Assembly (NCBI GenBank): GCA_963845515.1
Contig: CAWJSR010000022.1
Location: forward strand, 1 to 64,000
DNA: 64,000 nt
Direction of reading: 5' to 3'
From: an uncultured delta proteobacterium
Lineage (GTDB): Bacteria; Myxococcota; Myxococcia; Myxococcales; Anaeromyxobacteraceae
The notes below the pieces were generated by a model. It ran no database searches, was not told where the DNA came from, and was given only the letters and a program-made list of their open reading frames with translations. The position numbers and the translations under genes were made by a program. Below, piece by piece: positions 20,319-33,993 of this stretch (position 1 is the stretch's first letter; each line of letters opens with the position of its first letter).

Positions 20319-21328
20319 CACCGCGCCCCGTACTGCCGCTCGTAGTACTTCAGGTACTCGCCGGAGATGATCCGCTCCCACCACGCCCTGCGCTCGAGGT
20401 ACCAGCGCACCGTCGCGGCCAGCGCGTCCTCGAACTGGTGCCGTGGCCTCCAGCCCAGCTCCGCGGCCGCCTTCGTCGCGTCGATCGCGTAGCGGCGGTC
20501 GTGGCCGGGGCGGTCCTTCACGTACTGGACGAGCTCCTCGGTCTTCCCCACCAGCCGCAGCACCTGCTTGACGATGTCGATGTTGCGCCGCTCGCTGGAC
20601 GCGCCGAGGTTGTAGACCTGCCCCGCCTGGCCATGCTCCAGCGCCGCGAGCAGCCCGCGGCCGTGATCCTCGACGTGGATCCAGTCGCGGACGTTCATGC
20701 CGTCGCCGTAGACCGGCAGCGGGAGGTCGCGGACGGCGTTCGCGATCATCAGCGGGATGAGCTTCTCCGGGAACTGGTACGGCCCGTAGTTGTTCGAGCA
20801 GCGCGTCACCACCACCGGGAGCCCGAACGTGTGGTGGTACGCGAGCGCCAGGAGATCGCTCGCGGCCTTCGAGGCCGAGTACGGCGACGACGGCTCCAGC
20901 GGCGTCCTCTCGGTGAAGAGCCCGGTCGGACCCAGCGACCCGTAGACCTCGTCGGTCGAGACCTGCAGGAACCTCTTCGCGCCGAACTCGCGCGCCGCCT
21001 CCAGCAGGACCTGCGTCCCGCGCACGTTGGTCTCGATGAAGATCGACGGCGCCAGGATCGACCGGTCGACGTGGCTCTCCGCCGCGAGGTGCATCACCGC
21101 GTCGATCTCCTCGCCGCGGAAGAGCTCCGCGACGAGCCCCCCGTCGCAGATGTCGCCGCGGACGAAGCGGTAGCGCGGGCTCCCCTCCAGGTCGGCGAGG
21201 TTCTCCGCGTTCCCGGCGTAGGTGAGCTTGTCGAGGTTGACGATGCGCCAGTCGGGCCGCTCCGCCAGCAGGAGCCGCACGAGGTTCGAGCCGATGAAGC
21301 CGGCGCCGCCGGTCACGAGGACGTTCAT
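20318..21328 (-). CDS. rmlB: dTDP-glucose 4,6-dehydratase
   Basis: VTGGAGFIGSN, DKLTYAGN, AAESHVDRSI, STDEVYG, DRPGHDRRY. Confidence 0.96.
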   Translation of the reverse strand: MNVLVTGGAGFIGSNLVRLLLAERPDWRIVNLDKLTYAGNAENLADLEGSPRYRFVRGDICDGGLVAELFRGEEIDAVMHLAAESHVDRSILAPSIFIETNVRGTQVLLEAAREFGAKRFLQVSTDEVYGSLGPTGLFTERTPLEPSSPYSASKAASDLLALAYHHTFGLPVVVTRCSNNYGPYQFPEKLIPLMIANAVRDLPLPVYGDGMNVRDWIHVEDHGRGLLAALEHGQAGQVYNLGASSERRNIDIVKQVLRLVGKTEELVQYVKDRPGHDRRYAIDATKAAAELGWRPRHQFEDALAATVRWYLERRAWWERIISGEYLKYYERQYGAR

Positions 21329-21891
21329 CTCGGGAGCCCGGTGCGCTCGAACACCTGCGCCTCGTGGAGCGCGCAGCCCCTCGCGTCCTTGTCCGAGACG
21401 ATCGGCGGCAGCCCGCGCGCCGGCCAGGCGATCGCGAGCGCAGGGTCGTCCCAGCGGATGCAGCGCTCGTGCTCGGGGTGGTAGTAGTCGGTCGCCTTGT
21501 AGAGGAACTCCGCCTCGGCGGAGAGCACGAGGAAGCCGTGGGCGAACCCCTCCGGGAGCCAGAGCTGCCGCTTGTTCTCGGCGGACAGCGTCTCTCCGAC
21601 CCAGCGACCGAACGTGGGGGAGCCGCGCCGGAGGTCCACCGCCACGTCGAAGACCTCGCCGCGGACCACCCGCACGAGCTTCCCCTGCGGGCTCGGCAGC
21701 TGGTAGTGCAGGCCGCGCAGCACGCCCTTCGCGGAGAGGCTGTGGTTGTCCTGCACGAACTGGACTGACCGCCCCGCCGCGGCCTCGAAGTGGCGCTGGT
21801 TGAAGCTCTCGAAGAAGAAGCCGCGCGCGTCGCCGAAGACCCTCGGCTCGACGACGACGACGTCGGGGATGGCGGTGGGCCGGGTCTTCAT
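21325..21891 (-). CDS. rmlC: dTDP-4-dehydrorhamnose 3,5-epimerase
   Basis: FGDARGFFFES, QDNHS, RGLHYQ, GFAHGF. Confidence 0.95.
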   Translation of the reverse strand: MKTRPTAIPDVVVVEPRVFGDARGFFFESFNQRHFEAAAGRSVQFVQDNHSLSAKGVLRGLHYQLPSPQGKLVRVVRGEVFDVAVDLRRGSPTFGRWVGETLSAENKRQLWLPEGFAHGFLVLSAEAEFLYKATDYYHPEHERCIRWDDPALAIAWPARGLPPIVSDKDARGCALHEAQVFERTGLPR

Positions 21892-22778
21892 CAGTAGACC
21901 CGGCTCCGCAGCAGGCCGCTCACGAAGTCGCCGTAGGTCGACTTCCCGAGGGCCGCGGCGCAGCGCTCGAGCTGGGCGTCGTCGATCCAGCCCTGCCGCC
22001 AGGCCACCTCCTCGGGGCACGCGATCTTGAGCCCCTGTCGCTTCTCGATCGTGGAGATGAACTGGCCAGCGTCGAGGAGCGAGTCGTGCGTGCCGGTGTC
22101 GAGCCAGGCGTAGCCGCGCCCCATGATCTCGACGCTGAGCCGGTTCTTCTCGAGGTAGAGCCGGTTCAGGTCGGTGATCTCCAGCTCGCCCCTCGCCGAC
22201 GGCCGCACCGACCGCGCCAGCTCCACGACCTCCTCGTCGTAGAAGTAGAGCCCCGTCACGGCGTACCGCGACTTCGGCTTCGCCGGCTTCTCCTCCAGGC
22301 TCACCGCCCGCCGCTCCCCGTCGAACTCCACCACGCCGTAGCGCTCGGGGTCGTTCACCGCGTAGGCGAAGACCGTGGCGCCGCTCGTTCGCGCGCTGGC
22401 GTCACGCAGGAGCTCCTGGAAGTCGTGGCCGTAGAAGATGTTGTCGCCCAGGACGAGGGAGGAGGGGCCGCCCTTCACGAAGTCGGCCCCGAGGATGAAG
22501 GCCTGCGCGAGCCCGTCCGGGCTCGGCTGCACCCTGTACTCGAAGCGCATGCCCCACGGCTTCCCATCCCCGAGGAGCTGCTCGAAGCGGGGGGTGTCCT
22601 GCGGCGTCGAGATGATCAGGACCTCCCGGATCCCGGCGAGCATCAGCACCGAGAGCGGGTAGTAGATCATCGGCTTGTCATAGACGGGGAGCAGCTGCTT
22701 CGACACCGACAGCGTGGCGGGGTAGAGCCGCGTCCCCGCGCCGCCGGCCAGGATGATGCCTCTTCGAGCGTTCGCCAT
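21891..22778 (-). CDS. rmlA: Glucose-1-phosphate thymidylyltransferase
   Basis: [41 protein letters not shown]. Confidence 0.96.
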   Translation of the reverse strand: MANARRGIILAGGAGTRLYPATLSVSKQLLPVYDKPMIYYPLSVLMLAGIREVLIISTPQDTPRFEQLLGDGKPWGMRFEYRVQPSPDGLAQAFILGADFVKGGPSSLVLGDNIFYGHDFQELLRDASARTSGATVFAYAVNDPERYGVVEFDGERRAVSLEEKPAKPKSRYAVTGLYFYDEEVVELARSVRPSARGELEITDLNRLYLEKNRLSVEIMGRGYAWLDTGTHDSLLDAGQFISTIEKRQGLKIACPEEVAWRQGWIDDAQLERCAAALGKSTYGDFVSGLLRSRVY

Positions 22779-22863
22779 GGCTGTGCCACCGAACGTACCT
22801 CCGATCGGTCCGGACCGGAGACTGGCCACCTGGCCGGGCCCCATCCGGTGCTAGCATCGCCCC

Positions 22864-25369
22864 GTGCCACCCGGCTCCCGCTCGCGCCGCAAGACCGCCG
22901 CCGCGTCGCTCCTGGCCGTCGCCGTCGCAGTCGGCGCGCTCAGGTTCGGCGGCGTGGAGCCGCTGGTCGCGGCGGGCGTGACGCTCGCCGCGCTCGTCGC
23001 CCTCGCCCTCTCGTGGCCGCGGGGACGCCGCGCCGCCTTCCCCGGCGCGACGCCGGTGCCGGTCGAGACGCCCGGGCTGCCGCTCCTTCCAGTCGGCCTC
23101 GCCGCTGGGGCGCTCGTCGTCGCGCTCCAGCTCGTCCCCCTGCCGCCGGCGCTCCTGCGGCTCCTCTCCCCCAACGCGGCGGCGCTCTTCGAGGAGACGC
23201 TCGCTCCGGTCGGGCGGTGGCCGGCGTGGCGCCCGCTCTCGCTCGCCCCCGGGGAGACCGCGATGCTGCTGGTGGTCGCGGTGGCCGTCGCCGCAGCGGC
23301 GGCCGCGGCGGCCTGGCTGGGCGAGAAGCGTGAGCGCGGGGAGACGCTGCTGCGGGCCATCGCGTACACCGGCCTCGCCGCGTCGGTCCTCGGGATGGTG
23401 GCGGCCCTCTTCGGCTTCGGCCCCCTGCTCGTCCCGAAGGTCACCTTCGTCAACCCCAACCACCTCGCCGGCTTCCTCCAGCTCGCGGCGTGGCCCGCCT
23501 TCGGCTTCGCGCTCCGCGCGCGCGGGAAGGAGCGGGCCGGGTGGCTGGCGGTCTTCGCCTTCACCGTCGTCGGGATCTTCCTGTCGCTGTCGCGCGGGGG
23601 GATCACCGCGTTCTTCGTGGCTGCCGCGGTGTCGTCGGCGCTGGCGGTGCTGCACGGGCACACGCCGCTGTCGATCACGCTCTTCGGGTGGGAGCGGCGG
23701 GCGAAGGGTCGCCCCCTCATTCCTGGCACCCCCTCACCCAACGTCCTCGCGAGATCCCTCGCCCTCCCGGTCGGCGTCGCCTCCGCGCTCGCCATCGCGG
23801 CCTGGCTTGCGCTGGAGCCGGTCCTGATCGAGCTGGAGACGCTCTCCGGTGCCGCCGCCGAGGTGAAGCCCTCGCTCTGGCCCGACGGGCTGCGGCTCGT
23901 GCGGCAGTTCCCGGTCGCCGGCATCGGACGCGGCGCCTTCGCCACCGTCTACCCGTCGCTCAAGACCGAGTCGGCGCAGGTCACCTTCACGCACCTCGAG
24001 AACACCTGGCTCCAGCTCCCGGTGGACGTCGGCGTCCTCCCGGGACTCGCCCTCCTCGTCCTCTTCGGCTGGGCGTGGCTCGCCGCCGCGCGGCAGCGCG
24101 AGCTGTCGCGCCCGATGATCGGGGCGCTCGCAGGCGCGGCCGGCGTCGCGGCCCACAACCTGGTCGACTTCTCGTTCGAGCTGGTCGGCGTCGCGCTCCC
24201 GTTCGCCATCGTCCTCGGCCTCGCCTCGCGTGCGATGCCGCGCGTCCGCGTCCCGCGCGTGGCCGGGCTGGCCGGGATCGCCGCCCTCTCCGCCTTCGCG
24301 GCGGCCGGCTACCGGATCCACGCGCGCGCGGTCGGCGACGACGTCGCCGAGCGGATCTCCAGGGCCGGGAGCGTCCAGGAGACGACGGCGCTCGCAGGGA
24401 AGGCGCTCGGGTGGCGCCCGGCCGACTGGCTCCCTCCCGCCGCCGCGGGCGTCCGGATCGTGGCCGCCGGGAAGTGCGCGGAGGGGCTGCCGTGGCTCGT
24501 CCGCGCGATGGCGCGCAACCCGACCGCGCCCGAGCCGCACCGGTACGCCGCCCGCTGCCTCGCCGCCTCGCCAGGCGTCGCTCGCGAAGCGCGAGTACCG
24601 GCTCGCCTTCCTGTACGGCGACCGCGAGGCGCTGGCGGAGGCGCTGCGGCGCTTCCCCGAGCCTGGTCAGCTCCTCGAGGTCGCACCGGAGACGATTGAC
24701 GGGCTCATCACCGCGGCCGTCCTCCTCGCGAAGCGGCCGCCGGAGGCGCGCGAGGCGTGGAAGCGCGCGTGGGAGGGGTTCCTCGATCCCCGCGCGCTCG
24801 CCGGGCTCGCCCGCGTCACCCTGGAGCTGGACGACGCCGCGGAGGCGCTGAAGCTCGCCCGCGAGCTGGAGCGGCTCGCGCCCGAGAACCCGTCCGGCTG
24901 GCTCGTCGCCGCGCAGGCGCTGGAGAAGCTGGGGGACGCGCAGGCCGGGATCGCCGAGCTGGAGAAGGGGGCTGGGCGGCTGCCGGGCAAGGGGGCCATC
25001 CTCGTCCCGCTCGGTCTCCGCCACCTCGCGGCGAAGCGACCGTCGCAGGCGCGCGCCGTCTTCGAGCAGATCGTCGCGCAGGAGGGGCCGGCGCTCGCCC
25101 AGAAGAAGCTCCTCGTCGCGCGGAGCTACTCCGACCAGGGGCGGCTGGCGGAGGCGCTCGCCACGGCGCAGGACGCGGCGGCGACCGACCGCGAGAGCGT
25201 CGGGCCGCTGGAGGCGGTCTCGCGGTTCGCGGCCGACGTCGAACGCTTCGACCTGGCGATCGACGCGCTGGAGCGCGCGGCGCGCCTGCCGAGCGCCAAG
25301 CCAGGGGCGTACGACGAGCGGCTCGCGAAGCTGAAGGCGGCGGCGCTGGAGCGCGCGCTGAACCACTGA
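22864..25369 (+). CDS. O-antigen-ligase (Wzy_C) family membrane protein with C-terminal TPR region; frameshift near 24580
   Basis: TFVNPNHLAGFL, SLSRGG, PVAGIGRGAF, HLENTWLQ, HNLVDFS; helical TPR-like tail continues in the frame ending at 25369. Confidence 0.8.
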
Positions 25370-25517
25370 CCCGCGGCTCGGCCGCTCCGTGCACCTGGGG
25401 GCTGACTCTCGACCGCCGCCGGTCCTACAACCGACCGTAATCACACGTCCCCGGCAGGTCCCGTCTCTGCAGAAGGGCGCTACAGGAGCATCTTGATGCC
25501 TGTCCCCCACCCGGCCC

Positions 25518-25557
25518 TTGTAACCTCCTACGCCGTTCCTTACGCTGATGTAAGGAA
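25518..25557 (+). promoter_or_regulatory. Sigma70-type promoter of abrB-vapC with palindromic operator
   Basis: TTGTAA-N17-TACGCT; TTCCTTAC-N6-GTAAGGAA inverted repeat at 25536-25557; GGAGG RBS at 25565. Confidence 0.75.
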
Positions 25558-25576
25558 TGATACTGGAGGTAAGGCG

Positions 25577-25848
25577 ATGGCGACCGCGACGCTGACTTCG
25601 AAAGGACAGGTGACGATCCCAAAGGAGATCCGGGAGAAGCTACGGCTCAAGACTGGGGACCGAATCCACTTCTGGGTAGACGCCGACGGCGGTGTGCACC
25701 TCCGCGCCCAGAACCGGAGCCTGCTCGACATGGTCGGCTTCATGAAACACCTCGTGAAGCGGACGACGCCGGTGACGGTGGAGGAGATGGACGAGGCGAT
25801 TCAGCGCGCGGTCGTGGACCGGTTCCTCGGCAAGCGGGAGCCCGAGGA

Positions 25849-25852
<4 letters not shown>
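25577..25852 (+). CDS. AbrB/MazE family antitoxin (VapB-like)
   Basis: MATATLTSKGQVTIPKEIREKLRLKTGDRI. Confidence 0.9.
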
Positions 25853-28256
<2,404 letters not shown>

Positions 28257-28290
28257 CGGTCGGCTCCAGTCGCCGGGAAGGACGAGACAC

Positions 28291-29043
28291 GTGACGCACC
28301 CGATCCGTTCCCTCCGGCGCCTCCGCGACCACCTCAGGTTCCTGGGGGACTACCGGGCGTTCCGGGACCAGCAGCTTCGGGCCGGCGCCGCTGCCATGCC
28401 GCCGCTTCGCTGGAAGGAGCGGTATCCCGTCCTCGGCGAGTGGACGACCGAGACGAGCTTCGAGCCGCACTACACGTACCATCCCGCGTGGGCCGCTCGC
28501 GTCCTCGCGCAGACCCGTCCACTCGAGCACGTCGACATCTCGTCTTCAGTGGCCTTCGCGGCCATGGTCTCGGCGTTCGTACCGCTCCGCTTCTACGACT
28601 ACCGCCCCGCCAACCTGAAGCTCTCGGGGCTGACCTGCGACCGGGCCGACCTGCTCGCCCTTCCCTTCGCGGACGGGAGCATCCCCTCGCTCTCCTGCAT
28701 GCACGTCGTCGAGCACGTCGGCCTCGGGCGCTACGGGGATCCGGTCGACGCCGAGGGCGATCGCAAGGCGATGCGGGAGCTGGCCCGCGTGGTCGCGCCG
28801 GGTGGCGATCTCCTCTTCGTGGTGCCTGTGGGTCGCGAGCGGGTCGCGTTCAACGCACACCGGGTCTACTCCTGCGAACGCGTGCTCCGGGCCTTCGCCG
28901 GGTTCGACCTGGTCCGGCTCGATCTCATCCCGGACGACGCCCGGGCCGCCGGCATGATCGAGGACGCGACGCCGGCCCAGGTGAACGCCCAGCGGCTCGG
29001 CTGCGGCTGCTTCTGGTTCAAGCGGCGGGCGCCCGGGACATGA
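28291..29043 (+). CDS. DUF268-like / methyltransferase-fold protein
   Basis: HYTYHPAWAAR, SLSCMHVVEHVGLGRYGDP, FNAHRVY. Confidence 0.75.
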   Translation: MTHPIRSLRRLRDHLRFLGDYRAFRDQQLRAGAAAMPPLRWKERYPVLGEWTTETSFEPHYTYHPAWAARVLAQTRPLEHVDISSSVAFAAMVSAFVPLRFYDYRPANLKLSGLTCDRADLLALPFADGSIPSLSCMHVVEHVGLGRYGDPVDAEGDRKAMRELARVVAPGGDLLFVVPVGRERVAFNAHRVYSCERVLRAFAGFDLVRLDLIPDDARAAGMIEDATPAQVNAQRLGCGCFWFKRRAPGT

Positions 29044-29896
29044 TCGCGGTCCGACTCGACGGGCGCCTGGGCAACCAGCTCTTCCAGTACGCGTTCGGGG
29101 TCGCCGCGAGCAGGCGGCTCGGGACGGGGCTCCTGATCGACGACTCCGCCGCGGGCTTCCGGCTCCCGCCTACTTCCGGCTGACCCCGGCGGACCACCTG
29201 GGCCAGCTCGTGCGCGGGAAGCTCGGCAAGACGGTGCGGCGGGGCTACCGCCGGCTCGTCGCCGGCGCGCAGGGGTTCTCCGTCGTTCAGCAGGACGACT
29301 GGGCCCCTCCCTCGGAGCAGCCGCCGCTCTCCGACAAGCAGCTCCACGTCGGCTTCTACCAGTCGGCCCGCTACTTCGAGGGGCAGGAGCAGGCGCTCCG
29401 CGAGCTCTTCACCGTGCGCGGGCTCCACCGCGACCGCTTCAGGGCGCACTACGGCGACTTCTTCGACCGCCAGCGCACCGTCGTCCTCCACGTCCGCCGC
29501 GGCGACTACCTGCGGTGGAACGTGCCGCGGCTCGGCGGCGCCGACCTGACGCTGCCGTGGAGCTACTACGAACGCTGCCTCGGCCTCGTACCGGACCTCG
29601 CGGCGCACCAGATCGTCGCGGTGACCGACGACCCCCAGTGGGTCCGCGAGCGGCTCGCCCCGTATCCCGGAGCGAGGATTGAGTCGGCCTCCGAGATCGT
29701 CGACTTCCAGGCGCTGGCGGCGGCCGACGTGGCCATCCTGTCGCCGAGCAGCTTCAGCTGGTGGGCGGCCTGGCTCAACCCGAAGCCGCACAAGCGCGTC
29801 CTCGCGCCGGCCCGTTGGCTCGGCTTCAAGGGCGAGGAGGAGTACCCGGCCGGCGTCCTCTGCCCGGGGTGGCGCACGGTCGAGGTCGACGGGTAG
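29040..29896 (+). CDS. Alpha-1,2-fucosyltransferase (GT11); frameshift near 29165
   Basis: GRLGNQLFQYA N-terminus; GFYQSARYF, HVRRGDY, SSFSWWAAWL. Confidence 0.88.
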
Positions 29897-29904
29897 CGAC
29901 GCCC

Positions 29905-30843
29905 TCAGGCGCGCCGTCGGGGCGAGGCGAGCAGCTCGGCGATCCCCTCGTCCAGCCCCACCGCGGCGCGGTGGAGGGCGTGGCTGCGCCTGACGTCCAT
30001 GACGAGCCGGTGCGGCTCGTTCAGCCGGTACGGGCGCGCGCCGGCCCTGACGAGCGCGGGGGCGGCGCCGGCCAGCTCGAAGACCCGCTCCACGACGTCG
30101 CGCAGCCGCAGCCCCTCGCCGGTCCCCACGTTCAGCAGTCGCCCGCTGGCCGTCGCGGGGTTGGCGAGGCAGGCGACGACGGTCGCCGCGGCGTCCCGCA
30201 CGTGCAGCCACTCCCGCACCTGCTCGCCCCCCGTCATCTCGAACGGCTCGCGCGCGAGCGCCGCCCGGACGGCGCTCGGCATGAACTTGGCGTCGTCGTC
30301 CCCGGGCCCCAGCAGCTGCGCGAACCGGAGGTAGGTGAGCGGGACGCCCAGCTCGCGGGCGAGGGCGCGGAGGATTGTCCCGCCGCCGGCCTTCGTCGCG
30401 CCGTAGGCGTCGGTCTTCTCGGTCGGGGCGCCCTCGTCCTGCAGCCGGAGCGGCCCCGTGGCCAGCGCGTCCGGGAGCACCCCCTCGCCCGTGTACTCGA
30501 AGTAGGAGCCCGCCGCGACCACCGCCCCCACGCGGTGCTGCGCCGCCTTTCGAAGCAGCGCGACCGGGTCCTGCACATTGGACTTGATCAGGATGTCCCA
30601 GGAGCGGTCGCGTCCCTGGACCCCGTAGGCCGCGAGGTGGATCAGCGCGTCCGCGCCGGCGAGCAGGCGGTCGAGCGTCGCCGCGTCGTCGAGCGGCCCC
30701 TCCACCTCTTCGAGCCCCGGGGCCGGCGCCGCGCGGCGCCCGCCCGGGCGCGCGAGGACCCGGGGCCGGTGCCCCCCGGCCAGCAGCAGCGGGAGGAGGC
30801 TGCGGCCGACGAAGCCCGTCCCGCCCGTCACCGCGACGATCAC
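29905..30843 (-). CDS. NAD-dependent epimerase/4-ketoreductase
   Basis: VAVTGGTGFVG, YGATK, GEQVREWLHVRD. Confidence 0.85.
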   Translation of the reverse strand: MIVAVTGGTGFVGRSLLPLLLAGGHRPRVLARPGGRRAAPAPGLEEVEGPLDDAATLDRLLAGADALIHLAAYGVQGRDRSWDILIKSNVQDPVALLRKAAQHRVGAVVAAGSYFEYTGEGVLPDALATGPLRLQDEGAPTEKTDAYGATKAGGGTILRALARELGVPLTYLRFAQLLGPGDDDAKFMPSAVRAALAREPFEMTGGEQVREWLHVRDAAATVVACLANPATASGRLLNVGTGEGLRLRDVVERVFELAGAAPALVRAGARPYRLNEPHRLVMDVRRSHALHRAAVGLDEGIAELLASPRRRA

Positions 30844-32171
30844 GTTCGCGCTCCCTTCGCCCGCAGCGTCGCCTGCACGCGCTCCGCCGCCCTCCAGCCG
30901 CTCTGGATCGCGTCGTCGGACCAGAGGTAGCCCCACTCGCCGAACCGCCCGCAGCACTCGATCCCCGCCGCGGCCAGGTGCGCCTGCACCGTGGCGAGGC
31001 TCCCGGCCCGCTCGAGGTCGAAGAGGACGTTCGCGTACGGCACCCGCCGCTCGTCGGCGGCGAGGATCCGGTCGTCCGGGCGGAGCAGCCCGGTGCGGCG
31101 AAGGTCCTCGACGCAGCGATCGAGGAGCGGGCCCGGCGGGAGCGGCCGGTACGGCGAGTGGTAGACCTCCACCTGGATCGAGCCGCAGCCCGCCGGCGCG
31201 TTGGCCGCGGCGAGCCGGTGCGGGAAGTGGGCGCGGGCGAAGGCGACGTCCTCGTCGTAGAAGTACATCCAGTCGGCGTCCGGGAAGCCGTCCGCCCGCG
31301 CCACGCCGACGCTGACGAGGGCCGCCGACGTGCAGCGCAGGCGCCCCGCCGCCGCGACCACGTCGTGCGGCGCCCCCGCCAGCCGCCCGACCAGCTCGGG
31401 GAGCGGCAGCGAGGAGACGAGCCGCTCGTAGCGGAGGACCGCGCCGCTCGCGAGCCGCACCTCGCGCGCCGCGGCGTCGACCGCCGCGACCTCCTCGCCG
31501 AGCGCGATCGGCTGGGCGCCGCGCACGCTCGCCACGTACGGCTCGAAGCCGCCGGAGAGCGGGTACCGGAACCGGGTGAGGTAGTGCTCGACCGCCGGCG
31601 TCGGCCCGAGCGCGCCGCGCACCACCTCCTCGAGCGGCGGCGCGTGCACGCGCTCGCCGATCCAGTCGGTGCCCAGCTGCGCCGCCTCCGCGGTCCAGAA
31701 CTTCCGCGTGTACGCGAAGCTGAACTCCTCGCTGAAGGTCCGCCCGAGGTGCGCTACGCACCAGTCGGCGTAGGTGCGCGGCGTGCCCGCGGGCAGCTGC
31801 CGCGCCTCGACGAAGTCGACGAGGCACCTCGCGACCAGGTCCACCGGGAGCCCGTGGAGGTGCGACTGGGCCGGGTGCGGCAGCGCGATCCCCTTCCAGC
31901 GGTTGAGCAGGGCCGCCCGCGCCTCCCGGTATCGCCCGTTCACCGCGGCCGCGAAGAGCCGCTGGATCTCCTCCTGCTTCGTGAAGGAGACGTGCGGCCC
32001 CTGGTCGAACGTGAAGCCGTCGACCGCCCAGGAGCGCGCGAGCCCGCCGGCGCGCTCCTCTCGCTCGACCACCAGCACGTCGACGCCGGCGCGGTGGAGC
32101 CGCTCCGAGGCCGCGAGCCCCGAGAGCCCCGCGCCGAGGACGACGACCTCGTGGTGGCCGGCGGTGAGCAT
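30840..32171 (-). CDS. FAD-dependent oxidoreductase, UDP-galactopyranose-mutase / HemY-like
   Basis: VLGAGLSGL, ERAGGLARS, FDQGPH, FRYPLSGG, GRFGEWGY. Confidence 0.8.
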   Translation of the reverse strand: MLTAGHHEVVVLGAGLSGLAASERLHRAGVDVLVVEREERAGGLARSWAVDGFTFDQGPHVSFTKQEEIQRLFAAAVNGRYREARAALLNRWKGIALPHPAQSHLHGLPVDLVARCLVDFVEARQLPAGTPRTYADWCVAHLGRTFSEEFSFAYTRKFWTAEAAQLGTDWIGERVHAPPLEEVVRGALGPTPAVEHYLTRFRYPLSGGFEPYVASVRGAQPIALGEEVAAVDAAAREVRLASGAVLRYERLVSSLPLPELVGRLAGAPHDVVAAAGRLRCTSAALVSVGVARADGFPDADWMYFYDEDVAFARAHFPHRLAAANAPAGCGSIQVEVYHSPYRPLPPGPLLDRCVEDLRRTGLLRPDDRILAADERRVPYANVLFDLERAGSLATVQAHLAAAGIECCGRFGEWGYLWSDDAIQSGWRAAERVQATLRAKGART

Positions 32172-32183
32172 CGCGGCGGGCCC

Positions 32184-32633
32184 CTACCCGTGCTTCAGCG
32201 CCCAGTCGTACGGGATGGTCTTCGAGAGCGGGTCGAGCCGGACGATCTCGTCCTTCCGGTGGCCGATGGTGGCGCAGTTCGCCACCAGCGCCGGCACCGT
32301 GCCGATCCCCTTGAAGCCGTTCCAGACGCGCGGGGGCACGTGGATGAGCTTGTAGTCGTCGGGGCCGGTGAAGAGCTCCATCAGCTCGCCGCGCGTCCGC
32401 GATCCGTCGCGGTCGTCGTAGAGCACCATCTTGATGTTGCCGGCCGGCACCGCGTAGTTGAGCGCCATCTCTTCGTGCAGGTGCCACGCCTTGATGGCGC
32501 CCGGGTAGACGACCGAGAAGTAGATCTCGCCGAACTCGTCGAAGTCCGGGTCGTCGGCGCGGAGCATGTGCATCACCTTGCCCCGCTCGTCCGCGATCTG
32601 GCGCAGCGGCCTCACGATCACGCCGTCGATCAT
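32184..32633 (-). CDS. RmlC-like cupin NDP-sugar epimerase
   Basis: MIDGVIV...[25 protein letters not shown]. Confidence 0.85.
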   Translation of the reverse strand: MIDGVIVRPLRQIADERGKVMHMLRADDPDFDEFGEIYFSVVYPGAIKAWHLHEEMALNYAVPAGNIKMVLYDDRDGSRTRGELMELFTGPDDYKLIHVPPRVWNGFKGIGTVPALVANCATIGHRKDEIVRLDPLSKTIPYDWALKHG

Positions 32634-33993
32634 GGCTTGCAGATCCCCCGCACGGTCTCGACCACGTGGGACTTCATCGCGTCGGTCAGGCCGGGATAGA
32701 CGCCGAACCAGAGCGAGCGGTTCATGATGGCGTCGGTGTGGGCGAGCTCGCCGACGACGCGGTACGGCGCGGCGCGCCCGGCCTCCACCGCCGCCCTCGC
32801 CAGCTCCGTCATCGCGGGCTGCCGGACCAGGTTGCCGGCGAATAGCATCCGGGTCTGGACCTTCTTCGCCTCCAGCTGGCGCACCAGCTGGTCGCGGTTG
32901 AAGGGCGCCCCCTCGCGCACGGTGAGCAGGAAGCCGAACCAGGAGGGCTCGGAGCCCTCGGTCGGCTCCGGCAGGACCAGCACGTCGGCGAGGTCGGCGA
33001 GCGCCTCGCGGAAGAACGCCCAGTTCTTCCGGCGCGCGGCGACGAAGCCGTCGAGCCGCGCGAGCTGCGCGACGCCGACCGCCGCCTGCATGTCGGTGAC
33101 CTTCAGGTTGAAGCCGAGGTGGCTGTAGACGTACTTGTGGTCGTACCCCTTCGGCAGGTCGCCCAGCTGCCACTCGAAGCGGCGCTTGCAGGTGTTGTCG
33201 ACGCCGGAGGGACACCAGCAGTCGCGCCCCCAGTCGCGCAGGCTGGTCGATCGCCCGCTCCAGCGTCGCGTCGCTCGTGAGGACCGCGCCGCCCTCGCCC
33301 ATCGTCATGTGGTGCGGCGGGTAGAAGCTGAGCGTAGCGAGGTCGCCGAACGTCCCCGTCTTCCGCCCGCGGTAGAGCGTGCCGGCGGCGTCGCAGTTGT
33401 CCTCGACGAGCCAGAGCCCGTGGCGATCGCAGAAGGCGCGGACGGCGCCGAGGTCGAAGGGGTTGCCGAGGGTGTGGGCGATCATCACCGCCTTCGTCCG
33501 CGGCGACCGGGCCTCCTCGAGCCTCGCGACGTCGACGTTGTACGTGGGCAGCGTGACGTCCACGAAGACCGGGACCATCCCCAGCTGGATGACCGGCGCC
33601 ACCGTCGTCGGGAAGCCGGCCGCGACGGTGATCACCTCGTCGCCGGCCCGCAGCCGCCGGTCGCCCAGCAGGTGGCTCGTCAGCGTCGCCACGGCGAGCA
33701 GGTTCGCGGACGAGCCGGAGTTGACGAGCCGCGCCGTCGACACGCCGTACCAGGCCGCCAGCTCCTCCTCCAGCCGCGCGTGCCAGCGCCCGCCGGTCAG
33801 CCAGAACTCCAGGCTGCTCTCGACGAGGTTGACCATCTCCTCCTCGCCGTAGACGCGCCCCGCGTATCGCACCGGGCTCTGCCCCGGGACGAACGCGGCC
33901 CCGTCCTCCGCGTCGCGCCGCAGCGCCGCGATCTTCCGCACCCGCTCGAGGATCTCCCCGGCGAGCGCCAGCTCCTCTGCTCTCGGGATCCAT
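32630..33993 (-). CDS. rfbH: CDP-4-keto-6-deoxyglucose 3-dehydratase (E1); frameshifts near 33970 and 33248
   Basis: [30 protein letters not shown] (His in place of the PLP Lys), DWGRDCWC-x7-C iron-sulfur motif, GYDHKY. Confidence 0.9.

Noticed and set aside
32184..33941. RfbH-cupin epimerase fusion (585 aa)
   Set aside because: Produced by the frameshift near 33248; the cupin has its own ATG at 32633 overlapping the rfbH stop
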